Positions 37,769-48,056 of a stretch of DNA of 64,000 bases are shown piece by piece. The number at the start of each line of letters is the position of its first letter. The first letter of the stretch is position 1. This DNA comes from Candidatus Bathyarchaeia archaeon (GTDB lineage: Archaea; Thermoproteota; Bathyarchaeia; TCS64): contig JBEKDF010000002.1 in assembly GCA_050014495.1 (NCBI GenBank), forward strand, positions 96,001-160,000. Reading direction: 5' to 3'. The translations under genes were made by a program, and so were the position numbers. The notes under the pieces are model-generated. The model made no database searches, was not told where the DNA came from, and was given only the letters and a program-made list of their open reading frames with translations.

Positions 37769-38572
37769 ATGTCCACCAACTCAAACACAACCTTAACGGT
37801 GCTAATCTCCATCATCCTAGCCACATCTGCCTTCCTAGCTGTAGCAATAAGTCAACCCGTACCCCAAATAAAGGTGAGTGAGGAGCAGGCAATCAGCATA
37901 CTCAGGGAATACGATAACACTGATAACAGAATCGTAAACGGAACCATCAGGACCCTAAGCGCTAACTTGGAGTACATCTCACTCAACTGGACAACTTACC
38001 TGAGCAACACTGGCGATGAACCCCACAGCCGCATATACATCTCAGATACCCCCGTGGGCGAATACAAGCCGTACTGGTTCATCCACATCGAATCGGTCTG
38101 GGATTACGGTTGGAGTGGCGGTTCTGGAAGCTACATCGTTGACGCGCAGAGTGGGGAGATCGTGCTCTCACTCGAGAGAGTCGGCGGAGGAATCAGCGTA
38201 ATCGGTCCTGACTACCTGATTTTCCTTCAACCTGAGGCGTGGGATTATAATAATCCGGTTGAGGCAAAGCTGGGTGCGTTCACCCCCATCACACTGACTC
38301 TGACCGCTGAACCCGACTACCACGCCTCGCTTCCCGTGTCGATGAAGATTGCTAACGTTCCATTGGGCTACTGTGTTGGACCGAGTAATTCGTCTGCGGT
38401 CCTGAAAACGGGTGGGTATGTGTCATTCATTCTTGAGGTCTTCACTCCAGTTGCTTACCCGGCTGATTTTCTGCCGCCTCCGGCTGACCCTCATCCTCAT
38501 TTTGATGTTGGGATCAGCTTCCTCGGGCACTCCTACTCTTATCCTGTGTACATTATTCCTTCTAACAAGTGA
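37769..38572 (+). CDS. Membrane-anchored/secreted hypothetical protein with PepSY-like motif
   Basis: Signal/anchor helix, VSEEQAISI and YIVDAQSGEIV motifs, beta-rich C-terminus. Confidence 0.7.
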   Translation: MSTNSNTTLTVLISIILATSAFLAVAISQPVPQIKVSEEQAISILREYDNTDNRIVNGTIRTLSANLEYISLNWTTYLSNTGDEPHSRIYISDTPVGEYKPYWFIHIESVWDYGWSGGSGSYIVDAQSGEIVLSLERVGGGISVIGPDYLIFLQPEAWDYNNPVEAKLGAFTPITLTLTAEPDYHASLPVSMKIANVPLGYCVGPSNSSAVLKTGGYVSFILEVFTPVAYPADFLPPPADPHPHFDVGISFLGHSYSYPVYIIPSNK

Positions 38573-38753
38573 ACAATCTGGTTGTGATTCAGTTTACCGC
38601 GCGCGCATATGGAGGGCTATTACAATTACAGCTAACGCGATTGAAATCAACTCAATGAACCAACCCTGCACCCAGAAGGGGTTCTCCACCTTCTGTGGGA
38701 ACACCAGTAAGATGTGCGCGCGCAATTAGCATCCAGTTAATAGCACGTGTATT

Positions 38754-38918
38754 CTATTCATCAAACCACTCGATAGCCCAGGCATTCAGTTGGTCGATCG
38801 TTTTGATTCTTTTTAGTTGTATTTTTGCCTTATTCAATGACTCGATGATGTCCGGTGAATAATCTTTGTCAAGATCGACTGTAATGGACTTGTATAATTT
38901 TCCTCTCTCAGTTGTCAT
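38754..38918 (-). CDS. Small hypothetical protein (54 aa)
   Basis: Hand translation: MTTERGKLYKSITVDLDKDYSPDIIESLNKAKIQLKRIKTIDQLNAWAIEWFDE, with AAGGTG upstream. Confidence 0.5.
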   Translation of the reverse strand: MTTERGKLYKSITVDLDKDYSPDIIESLNKAKIQLKRIKTIDQLNAWAIEWFDE

Positions 38919-39137
38919 TTCCTAACACCTTAAGCGGGCGACAAAATCAAATTAACTTAGGTTTCTAAAATAATTATTCTTATTTGGCTTAATCTAGATT
39001 TGTTACTCGTGCGAGAGATCATCATCCTTTTCGAAATAATCCTAGAGAGATATGGTTCCAATTGGCTTTAGTTTTGATCTTATGAGCGCGCGCATGCTGA
39101 TGCGGTTACGCGCGCGCACCTCGATCCTACATCCTTC

Positions 39138-41009
39138 TTAAATGAAGACTATAGGGGGCAGGGAGTCTTTACCCGTTCGAACCTTGAGCTCCTGTAGCTC
39201 CCTCTTCTGCTGGTTTAAGACATCCCAGAACTCCCTCGGCATGTTCGGTTCGTCTCTATAAAGCTGCTCCATCCTGGCGATCTTCTCAAGGTACTTGGAG
39301 ACTCGTATGCTGAACTGCTGGATGTACTCCTCCTCCGTGTAGTCCCTCTTGAAGACGACTTTGAATAGCTGTTTGAGATCCTTATAATGCGGGATCAGCC
39401 CTATCGGCGTCTTGATGGCCTCGTAGTCTCCTTTTACACGTCCCTCAGCCCAGATGACCCAGATCTTCTTATCGACTTTCGTATTCGTGTATTTGCCCTC
39501 GTGGCGGAGGAAGTAGTTGGTAGCGTAGACCCGCGGTTTGTTCTTGAGCTTCTTCCCGAACTTGTAGTGATTTGCTAAATAGGTGGAGAGGGGAACGACT
39601 ACGAAATCGATGTTGGCCATGGGGTCCTGTCTCCTGACCCCAGTCTTGCCTATAGTGGCGGTGGTCGTCTCCGACTCGAGGGTTGCCCCGAGATACACAC
39701 CATGCTCCCAGCTCAACGCTTCCGCAATAGGGACGTTCGTATCTGAATCTCTTCCTCCATAAAATATTCCCTCTACAATCACGCCCTCGGGGTCATTGTA
39801 GTGTGGGTCCACGTTCTCAAGCTCGCTTAGGCGCATAGTGTATCTTGCGTTTCCGTGGGCGAATGGTATCTCATTTCCGTCCTTGTCCTTCTTCCCCTTG
39901 AACCACTCCCCACTGAAGTTCGTCCCCTTCTCGGGGATGTCACTCCTCCCCATACCGAGCCAGTAGGGGACACCATCCGAAACGAGAACGTTGCTAAAGA
40001 TTAGCTCCCTCGGCGTTGTAAGGCTCTTGTAGATCAGGGGGTCGTCAATCGGGTTTACGTCCTGTATGATGCCGAAGATCCCCTGCTCTATATTGACACC
40101 CCTACAGTAACCCTCAGTGTCTCCCTTAAGATAGGCAATGTCGTCTCCAACTATGCTCTGCCCTGGGATCATTGCTGTGCTCGTCTTTCCGCAGGCAGAA
40201 GGGTACGCACCAGCGAAATATGTGACTCTATCCTTCCCCGGTGGGTGAATTCCCATCAGAAGCATATGCTCCGCGAGCCAGTCCTCGTGGTTCGCCTTGT
40301 AGACGGCGAGACGTAGCGCCAACTTTTTCAACCCAACGCTGTTCCCCGCGTACTGGTTGTTGACCGAGTATACCTTTCCATCTTTCACATCTATGTAGAT
40401 GCGTCGATTCCCATAGTTTTTCGTGACCTTTCTATCATCGAGCTCCCCCGCCGAGTGGAGGAAGGTAAAGAAATCCCCCTCACCACTGAGCCTCTTGAAT
40501 TGCTCGTACCCCTGTCTGTAGAGAAGGTCCTCGCTATGGGAGACATAGGCGGAATCCGTCACCTGCATTGCGCAGAGACTGAAGCGGCTGTTGGTTGGGC
40601 CGAGGCTATAAAATTTTACAATCATATCCCTCCCCACCATTGAGCCATCCATAAGGCCTAGGATCTCCCTTAGTCCCTCCTCTCGGCCAATTGTGTTAAT
40701 GTTCTTGCTCAACCGCATTCCCTGTGGTGTGAGAACCTTGGTGCTCCCAGTGTCACGAGCCAGGTCATAGTATCCATCGAAGTGTATTGTGTGCCCCTTC
40801 ATCCTCAGGGGCTTCTCCTCCCCCGTCTTATTAGCGAGTTCACGGATGCGATCAACATCGGACTGGGCCTCGCCGAGAACGATAACCCTCGACGGCTTAC
40901 AAAGTCTGTTGAATGAGTGGAGTTGGTCAATCACATGCTGATTACCGAGGGCCTCAAGGCTCTCTCGGCTCTCCTTATCCAGGACCTTAACAAGTACGTC
41001 CGGGATCAT
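39138..41009 (-). CDS. pckG: Phosphoenolpyruvate carboxykinase (GTP)
   Basis: YAGNSVGLKKLALRLA, WLAEHM, AYPSACGKTSTAM, VGDDIAY, GGRDSD. Confidence 0.96.
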   Translation of the reverse strand: MIPDVLVKVLDKESRESLEALGNQHVIDQLHSFNRLCKPSRVIVLGEAQSDVDRIRELANKTGEEKPLRMKGHTIHFDGYYDLARDTGSTKVLTPQGMRLSKNINTIGREEGLREILGLMDGSMVGRDMIVKFYSLGPTNSRFSLCAMQVTDSAYVSHSEDLLYRQGYEQFKRLSGEGDFFTFLHSAGELDDRKVTKNYGNRRIYIDVKDGKVYSVNNQYAGNSVGLKKLALRLAVYKANHEDWLAEHMLLMGIHPPGKDRVTYFAGAYPSACGKTSTAMIPGQSIVGDDIAYLKGDTEGYCRGVNIEQGIFGIIQDVNPIDDPLIYKSLTTPRELIFSNVLVSDGVPYWLGMGRSDIPEKGTNFSGEWFKGKKDKDGNEIPFAHGNARYTMRLSELENVDPHYNDPEGVIVEGIFYGGRDSDTNVPIAEALSWEHGVYLGATLESETTTATIGKTGVRRQDPMANIDFVVVPLSTYLANHYKFGKKLKNKPRVYATNYFLRHEGKYTNTKVDKKIWVIWAEGRVKGDYEAIKTPIGLIPHYKDLKQLFKVVFKRDYTEEEYIQQFSIRVSKYLEKIARMEQLYRDEPNMPREFWDVLNQQKRELQELKVRTGKDSLPPIVFI

Positions 41010-41236
41010 AAACCATCAATTGATGTACGGTGCTCTCCCGATAAGTGTAACGGTGAAATCAAAATTTCGAGGAAAATCCCCCAATGATGAATCCGCTTCA
41101 TTCCAACCTTATGCAAGATGAAATTTCAACCCAAATGACCACAACCATAAATGCTATTACAATAATGGGCCGAGGCAAATCTAGCTAGGAAGGAAATTAT
41201 CATAAGGCTGACGAGGTTCAATTTTCCCAGATCATC

Positions 41237-42172
41237 ATGAGTGAAAACGGTTTATTATCCAGGTTTTGGCTCTGGGAGCTGACTCGTCCAGCCTTCGAGG
41301 ATTGGCTCGTTAAAGACCCGGCTCCGACGGTCATAATAGGCATCGGCGCAATTGAACAGCATGCGGTCCACCTACCATTAGGGTGCGACAGTATAGGGGT
41401 AGCAAAGTTCATTCACGACGTAGCAGAGAAGACCAACAGCGTCTGCCTCCACCCCACCTGGGCAGGGTATAGTCCCCATCACATGGAGTTCGCGGGGACC
41501 ATCACATACAGCCACGAGACCCTTCTAAACATCCTGCTTGACACAATCAGAAGCCTATCGTATCATGGCGTGAAGCGCTTCGTCCTCATCAATTACCATG
41601 GCGGAAACGAGAATATAATGAACCTCGCAGCCCAGATCGCGAAGAGAGAGTACCGCGTCATGGTGGCGACCCCTCATGGGCCGAACAACACTGAGCTCTC
41701 AAAGAAGATCAGATACAGGATGCAGAGGTATCTTGAGGTCCACAGCTGCGCCCGTGAGACCAGCTACGCCCTACATTACTTCCCCGAGCTAGTCGAAATG
41801 TGGCGTCTTGAGGACTGGGAGAACCCCACCCTCATCCCTGAGTATCTCCTAGAGTTCCTAGACCCAGATCGCCTGGACTACGAGATAGTCAGCCAGATAT
41901 TCGACGCCAGCATCGGTCCCGACACCAACGACATAACTAAGACCGGGCAGTACAGCATCAACGATCCGCGCACCGCAACGAAGGAGGAGGGTGACGCCAT
42001 GGCTGCTGAGTCAACCCAATTCCTCATCGACTTCATAAACACATGGAAGAAATTGCCCACCCCACCGGCCTATAGCGACGAGAGCGGTTGTGGTGACACC
42101 AATTGCCACCAGGAGCACGAAGACTGCGACTGCGGAGAAGTCGGACACAACCCTGAAAACAAAAAACGATGA
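41237..42172 (+). CDS. Creatininase family protein with Cys/His-rich C-terminal tail
   Basis: GAIEQHAVHLPLGCD, YSPHHMEFAGT, NYHGGN. Confidence 0.88.
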   Translation: MSENGLLSRFWLWELTRPAFEDWLVKDPAPTVIIGIGAIEQHAVHLPLGCDSIGVAKFIHDVAEKTNSVCLHPTWAGYSPHHMEFAGTITYSHETLLNILLDTIRSLSYHGVKRFVLINYHGGNENIMNLAAQIAKREYRVMVATPHGPNNTELSKKIRYRMQRYLEVHSCARETSYALHYFPELVEMWRLEDWENPTLIPEYLLEFLDPDRLDYEIVSQIFDASIGPDTNDITKTGQYSINDPRTATKEEGDAMAAESTQFLIDFINTWKKLPTPPAYSDESGCGDTNCHQEHEDCDCGEVGHNPENKKR

Positions 42173-42430
42173 TATTTGAGAAGCTCACTTGGCTCTTTGT
42201 GGAGCGTACGCATAGCTGAACCTGTCATCATCGGCCCTTGACGAATAATTGCCAGAGGAAGGGATTGTAAAGTAGTCACCTTTACAGAGTACGGGGAACC
42301 TCAGACCTCCAGGGGGGAGGCAGGGAACTGATTATTGAAAGATCACAGACCTTTACCTGCGTGCGCTAGAATAATCTCCGCCGAAGTCGTCAAGTAACTC
42401 CTAATAGGTACATACACCCTAAAAGTTGCA

Positions 42431-43729
42431 ATGGACTACACGGAGGCATCCAAATGGTTCCTCGACTTGGAACGCCTCGGTTCAAAACCCGGGCTTGAGG
42501 TGGTGTCAGCCCTTCTTGAAAGCCTCGGCTCGCCACATAGGCGATTCAAATCTGTCCACGTCACAGGCACCAATGGGAAGGGTAGCACCTCCGCGATGAT
42601 AGCCAGTATCCTCAGAGCTGCAGGATACCGAGTCGGTCTATTCACGAGCCCCCACCTTAGCACATGGAGAGAGAGCATCGTCATCGATGGCGAGAAGATT
42701 AGCCAAAACGATGCAGCCACAATCATGGGGCTGATCAGAGTCGAGTGCATGAAGACAGCGAAGAAACCAGGCCTCCGCCACCCTACGCAATTCGAGACAC
42801 TTACTGTCGCAGCCTTCCAGTATTTCGCCTGGAAGGAGGTCGACTTCGCTGTCGTGGAAGTCGGGATGGGGGGAAGACTCGACGCCACAAACGTCATCAT
42901 GCCAGAGGTCGCCGTAATCACAAATGTGAGCCTTGAACACACAGCCTGGCTCGGGGATACGGTTCTCAAAATAGCCCGAGAGAAGTCTGGTATAATAAAG
43001 CCTGGCTGTTCCGTCGTAACAGCAACGACTAACGACGAGGTCTATAATCTTCTCCGTGAAAGGAGCCGATACGAGAGTGCCAAAATTACCCGCGTAGGAA
43101 CCGAAGTCACATACGCGACACAGGAACAAAGTATTGAAGGGCAGAACTTTCGAGTAGAAGGTCGGCTTGCCACTTACAACCTCTCGACCAGGCTCCTAGG
43201 AGAGTACCAAGTCGTGAACGGGGCGACCGCAGTCGCAGTAGCCGAGGCTCTGATCGACCGTGGATTTAACATATCTCCGCAGTCCATAGTCGGGGGGATG
43301 AGAGCCACTGCTTGGCCTGGGCGGCTTGAGGTCGTTCAGAAGAACCCACTTGTCCTGCTCGATGGCGCAAAGGACGCCGAGGCAGCAATAGCCCTAAGCC
43401 GCTTCCTAAATAATCTCCCCCGGAGGCGACTAATCGCCGTTATTGCAATCAGTAGTGACAAGGACATACCCGCTATGGTCCATGAGATAGCTGGAGCAGC
43501 AGACTATGTCATAGCGACTAGCCACCGCATCAGTTCGAGGACCGGTGATCCTAGCCTGATAGTCGGGGAGGCTGCAAAGCTTGGGAAGCCATCAGAGGCT
43601 CAGCCGAACGTTGCATCTGCTGTGAAGAGAGCGCTTGAGATCGCCGAGCCAGTGGACGCCGTCCTTGTAGCTGGCTCCGTTTTCCTCGTAGGCGAAGCCC
43701 GTGAACTCTGGTACCCACCTGAACTATAA
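42431..43729 (+). CDS. folC: Folylpolyglutamate/dihydrofolate synthase
   Basis: HVTGTNGKGS, FTSPHL, EVGMGGRLDATN, WPGRLE, AGSVFLVGEAR. Confidence 0.93.
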   Translation: MDYTEASKWFLDLERLGSKPGLEVVSALLESLGSPHRRFKSVHVTGTNGKGSTSAMIASILRAAGYRVGLFTSPHLSTWRESIVIDGEKISQNDAATIMGLIRVECMKTAKKPGLRHPTQFETLTVAAFQYFAWKEVDFAVVEVGMGGRLDATNVIMPEVAVITNVSLEHTAWLGDTVLKIAREKSGIIKPGCSVVTATTNDEVYNLLRERSRYESAKITRVGTEVTYATQEQSIEGQNFRVEGRLATYNLSTRLLGEYQVVNGATAVAVAEALIDRGFNISPQSIVGGMRATAWPGRLEVVQKNPLVLLDGAKDAEAAIALSRFLNNLPRRRLIAVIAISSDKDIPAMVHEIAGAADYVIATSHRISSRTGDPSLIVGEAAKLGKPSEAQPNVASAVKRALEIAEPVDAVLVAGSVFLVGEARELWYPPEL

Positions 43730-43986
43730 ATGCTTGAAACCCTTCACGAACCTGTACTTTCATAGATTGTGGGAGTTTTAACAACAAAGCCCACCTATTC
43801 ACTCAAACTTATTAGTCCTTAATCCATGGGGAGAATCGACGTACTGCTATGAACACACGCCATCTAAATTTGATTGGATGATCAGATTAACCCCATATTA
43901 ACAAAGATTAAAGGGCTCTCTTAGAGATTCAACTCCATTTTCTTCGTCTCGACGGCGTGATAAACTTCGCGCTCTCTCACATTCTT

Positions 43987-44367
43987 CTAACTCTCATGTC
44001 TTGCTCGCAGGAACATTGCTCCTATTATAGAGCCTATCAGCAGACTCAACAGGGCATATATATCGGTTGTCGTACTTTCGACCACTAAGTTGTAAACGAA
44101 CTCGAAGATGTATGCTATAATGGCTGTAATCGTACCCGTCTGGATATAATTCCTCCTCCTAACCCTGGCTACTAGGTATCCTCCTAGAAAACCCCCAATA
44201 AGATGCGCCGCAAGGTAGACACTCATCACCAAATTATAGACGGACTCACGATCTGCGAGGGAAAGCCCACCGAACATGATTTGTAAAACCTGCGAGACTA
44301 AAAGGACCACGCCGAAGGCTAACGCTGCCCCCGCGAGGTAATTCCTGAAGTCGCGCTCACTTTTCAA
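43987..44367 (-). CDS. Small membrane protein (4 TM)
   Basis: Four hydrophobic helices with GxxxG patterns. Confidence 0.7.
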   Translation of the reverse strand: MKSERDFRNYLAGAALAFGVVLLVSQVLQIMFGGLSLADRESVYNLVMSVYLAAHLIGGFLGGYLVARVRRRNYIQTGTITAIIAYIFEFVYNLVVESTTTDIYALLSLLIGSIIGAMFLRARHES

Positions 44368-44684
44368 GACGTTTCAATATGTTAGGGTTACACTCCAATA
44401 TTTAACCCTCCGCGAAGGGTACGGATGGGGCGACAAATTCGCAATGATGATTTTCCCCTAAACCCCGGTTAGGAATATCCACCAGCCATACTCTAACGAA
44501 CAGGATGGTAGACAAACTCAATATTGAGATCTAGGCGATTGAGTCTGTAAAAATATAGGTCCTCACAGGCAATCTCAGGCAAACTTGAGACAATTTATGA
44601 GTAACCCTCCTTAACCTCTACCATTTTCTTCTTACACGACATCACTTCGATAAAGTAGTTAACCTTCCAGCCGATGCTTGTATC

Positions 44685-45257
44685 ATGAAGAAGTCACTCG
44701 GAATAGGGACATTCGCTCTACCCTCCCCCGTATGGGTCGTAGGCACCTACGATGCGGCCGGGAAGCCGAATCTCATGACAGCCGCCTGGGGTGGAATATG
44801 TAACTCCCGCCCCCCATCGATCTACGTCAGCCTACGTAAGGCGACATACAGCCATGGAAATATAATGGCGAGGAGAGCCTACACCGTAAGTATCCCTTCA
44901 GAGAAGTACGTTAAAGAGACGGATTGGATAGGCATCGCCACAGGTCGTGAACTGGACAAGTTCGTCACCGCCAAGCTCACCCCTGTAAGGGGGTCAGTCG
45001 TGGATGCCCCTTATGTGGATGAGTTCCCTGTTGTGCTCGAATGTCGTGTGAGGGAAGTTTTCGAGCTCGGTCTACACACCCAGTTTGTTGGCGAGATCTT
45101 GGATGTGAAGGCCGAGGTAGACGTCCTTAACGAGAAAGGAGCTATCGACATCGAGAAGGTCAGACCCATTATCTTCGCCGCGGGCACAGGTACTTACCAT
45201 GGTGTCGGGAAGAAAATACAGGACGCTTTCACTATAAGGGAGCTGAAGAAGGACTAG
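44685..45257 (+). CDS. Flavoredoxin / flavin reductase family protein
   Basis: PNLMTAAWGG, APYVDEFPVVLEC, GLHTQFVGEI. Confidence 0.92.
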   Translation: MKKSLGIGTFALPSPVWVVGTYDAAGKPNLMTAAWGGICNSRPPSIYVSLRKATYSHGNIMARRAYTVSIPSEKYVKETDWIGIATGRELDKFVTAKLTPVRGSVVDAPYVDEFPVVLECRVREVFELGLHTQFVGEILDVKAEVDVLNEKGAIDIEKVRPIIFAAGTGTYHGVGKKIQDAFTIRELKKD

Positions 45258-47764
45258 GCTCCGCTTGCACAATAGTAGATTGCGTTGAAAAGCATCCTAA
45301 AGCTACCGCGTGCCTGATTCCTGAAGTGGGGAGGGAACCCAAATAAGATCACCCTACCCCTTCCAACTCTGTGATCTGATATTGCCGCGAGCCCCCTTAA
45401 CTGCTTCTCCCCCAAGATCCAGCCGCTAAGCAAAGCATTCGCCTCCGGGTACTTCGCCACCTCGTATCCCTCCTTCACCTTGAAAGCGGGGCCTGAAATG
45501 AAGTAGACCGAAGCCTCACGTGGGTAACCGAACGCAACCGGATGTGTCTCGTCAAGTGTAACACTGAGTATGCTGCCGGGAATGTAGAACTCTTGCTCTT
45601 TTAGACCTTCCAGCGGATTCTCAGCTGCAACCATCAAGTCCTTGATGGCGTAGCTCGACGCCTTGTTGAGAGCGATTACGCTCCCCCCCTTATCTAGGAA
45701 TTCGAGGACAGCCTTCGTCCCCTCCTCTCCGAGGCCTATCCTATACATGGCCTCGTAACTACCCGGATTGGAGCCCTTAACCGCCTTCATCCCATTCAAT
45801 ATTTGGTCCCTCCCGAGATCTGGAAAGATCAACACATCTAACTTCTCTGCCAAGCCGCCTTGCCTTATGCTCTGCGGGTTTAGCGATTCGAAGCCAAAGC
45901 CATACTCCTCAAGCACCATCCTGAGCCAAGCCTCGTCAGCGTTGGGCAACCACGCCTTGTAGACGCCGATCCTTGGCAAAATGACTTGGAAGGCAATATC
46001 CGGAAGGTCATCCATTCCATAGAAATCAACGCCGATATGAGTCGCCTCCTCCATCAGCTTATCCGTGTTCTCACCGGATTCGAGGATGAATGCCCCCGGC
46101 CTAAGCCCAATTGATTGGGCCTCCACCCAGTCCTGCGTCCTCCACAGATTGATACCCTTCTGAAGGAGCATGTTAGCGGCACTCGTCGAAGCTAGATGCT
46201 CTGATGGGAACAGGTAAAACTTCTTCCCAGCACCATGAATGTTCCCCATAGGCTTTCTGGGCCTCAATAACTCAGTTTCACAATCAAATCTATCTTGGAC
46301 TGAGACTATATTGACCCCCATCTGGAGCCCAAGAGTCTGGGCGGTGACGTCATAGGGTACCTCCGGAGGGTCGCTTGGGTTTCTCCTCAAATCCGGGTAG
46401 ACTTGCTTCTCTAGAAGAGTCTTTGCGAAGCGTCCATAAGGCTGGGCGAATGGCACCACGACGCTGCTTTTTGGGTACTTAATGCCATCAGCTGTAAATG
46501 GTTCTAATGCTTCGTACAGCTTTACGTCGCCCCTTCTAAGGACCTCAAACAACTCATAAACTGCACCTGGGTCCGCCTGTTCCATCGGTATGATAAATGC
46601 ATATGGGCCACCAGGGGGATTAAGGGCCCTCCTACCAATCTCTAAGCTGCCTCTCAACCAACGCTCCCTATGCTTTGCGGCGTTTCCCAGCAGAGCCATA
46701 GCCGCAGTAAATTCGTATTCAACGATGTCTCGGAGACTCCATCTCCCCCCGACCCAAGGCATAACATGGTTCCATCTTGCCTCCCGAGGCTTGAAACCCC
46801 TCTCCCCCTCGAGCTCCTCTATTTTGACATTGACTGGGCTGGCTATGTCGACACTCGCTACCTCACTGAGGATCCGAATCCCACCATGGTAGTGCTGGTA
46901 GGCTCTCGCGGGGGTCCAGCCATCGAACTCCCAGTTGGTGCTTACACCCTCTTTTCCGGCAATCGTTAACGCATCGGCCATGGTCAAACCCATGAAACTT
47001 GTCCCACTAACAATCACAGGATCCACATTTGGATCGATCGGGTCGATGTAAGGTGGGACAAATATGCGGGGTCCCCTCTGGCCCATCTGGTGGAGATCGT
47101 AGACTATCTGAGGGTGCCAGAGGTTGTGGATCTTCTCCACTGTTAGCCTGGTCTCTTTGAGGCTAAACATGAACCAATCCCGGTTGTTGTCGTGACCAGC
47201 ATATCTGTGGTATACCATTGGGGGGGCTGTTCCCTCGTATTTTGTGCCTAGGTAGCGCCTGTACCATTCGCAGACCAGTCTATTTCCATCAGGGTTCAGA
47301 GAGGGGACAAGGAGGAGGATGGTGTCCTGAAGTATTTCTCTGACGTCAGGATCATCCCCGGTTGCGAGTCTGTGGAGAAGCTCCATGCTCATCTGGCTCC
47401 CCCCTACCTCTGTTGAGTGGATGCTGCATGTGATTAAAACGACCGTCTTTCCAGATCTTATGAGTCTCTCTGCTTCCTCCGTTGTGACTCCCTCAGGCTC
47501 GCAGAGTCGAAGTTGAATCCGTCTTAGCTCCTCTAGGTTCCTAAGGTTCTCCGGTGAAGTCACGGTCGCTAGTAGGAATTGGTTTCCTTCGGTCGTCTTG
47601 CCCAGCTCTTCAAGCTTAACTCTATCCGAAGTCTCAGCTACTTTCGAGAAGTAAGCAACGATCTCCGGCCAATCCGCGAGTCTACGGTCCTCCCCAACTT
47701 TAAAGCCAAGATAGTCCTCAGGGGAGGGGACATCCTTCATAACCATGATCAAAGTAGCAAACAC
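45254..47764 (-). CDS. M14 family zinc carboxypeptidase (paralogue of 11760..14291)
   Basis: SIHSTEVGG, HDNNRD, DLHQMG, PYDVTA, GRVILFGFPPHFR. Confidence 0.88.
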   Translation of the reverse strand: MFATLIMVMKDVPSPEDYLGFKVGEDRRLADWPEIVAYFSKVAETSDRVKLEELGKTTEGNQFLLATVTSPENLRNLEELRRIQLRLCEPEGVTTEEAERLIRSGKTVVLITCSIHSTEVGGSQMSMELLHRLATGDDPDVREILQDTILLLVPSLNPDGNRLVCEWYRRYLGTKYEGTAPPMVYHRYAGHDNNRDWFMFSLKETRLTVEKIHNLWHPQIVYDLHQMGQRGPRIFVPPYIDPIDPNVDPVIVSGTSFMGLTMADALTIAGKEGVSTNWEFDGWTPARAYQHYHGGIRILSEVASVDIASPVNVKIEELEGERGFKPREARWNHVMPWVGGRWSLRDIVEYEFTAAMALLGNAAKHRERWLRGSLEIGRRALNPPGGPYAFIIPMEQADPGAVYELFEVLRRGDVKLYEALEPFTADGIKYPKSSVVVPFAQPYGRFAKTLLEKQVYPDLRRNPSDPPEVPYDVTAQTLGLQMGVNIVSVQDRFDCETELLRPRKPMGNIHGAGKKFYLFPSEHLASTSAANMLLQKGINLWRTQDWVEAQSIGLRPGAFILESGENTDKLMEEATHIGVDFYGMDDLPDIAFQVILPRIGVYKAWLPNADEAWLRMVLEEYGFGFESLNPQSIRQGGLAEKLDVLIFPDLGRDQILNGMKAVKGSNPGSYEAMYRIGLGEEGTKAVLEFLDKGGSVIALNKASSYAIKDLMVAAENPLEGLKEQEFYIPGSILSVTLDETHPVAFGYPREASVYFISGPAFKVKEGYEVAKYPEANALLSGWILGEKQLRGLAAISDHRVGRGRVILFGFPPHFRNQARGSFRMLFNAIYYCASGA

Positions 47765-48056
47765 GGAGCATAAAAGCCGAGTGAAGACATACGAGAAATT
47801 GGATAGAATATCCGATAGTAGTGGAACTCGGATAGTTTCATATTAGGATTATCATTCGATATACAAGGTGAAAAAAAAGTTTCGATATTATCCCCGATGA
47901 TGACTAACGAGAAAATTCTTCTCCCCATTTTAACAAGAAAACTAAGATTTTTTTACTGGGAAATATTAAATACACATCTAAATCGCCCGCCTAATAAAAG
48001 GAAACGCGGTTGCACCCCTGGAATAATCGGTGAACACTTGAGTAGAAGATGAATGG

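Larger units (their letters stand above)
29384..39119. other. Accessory patchwork region punctuated by about 20 (CG)n/alternating purine-pyrimidine tracts
   Basis: Tracts start at about 29384, 29542, 30521/30529, 31002, 31020, 32694, 32912, 33996, 34116, 34257, 34311, 35149, 35181, 35209, 35639, 37702, 38598, 38712, 39086 and 39107, all between genes or at the ends of gene fragments. Confidence 0.75.

Noticed and set aside
29384..39119. Classical integron or CRISPR array interpretation of the patchwork region
   Set aside because: No integrase, no attC-type inverted cores, and no regularly spaced 25-40 bp direct repeats.
41083..41140. Possible box C/D sRNA (AATGATGA...AGATGA...ATGA)
   Set aside because: D and D' boxes are non-canonical and I could not match the guides convincingly to rRNA or tRNA.
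42173..42430. Hairpins upstream of folC suggesting a THF riboswitch
   Set aside because: Only CAGAGUA and isolated hairpins are present; the rest of the riboswitch consensus is absent.
44443..44510. Box C-like AATGATGA in an intergenic region
   Set aside because: No CTGA box at the expected distance; the nearby TATA is explained by the divergent gene.
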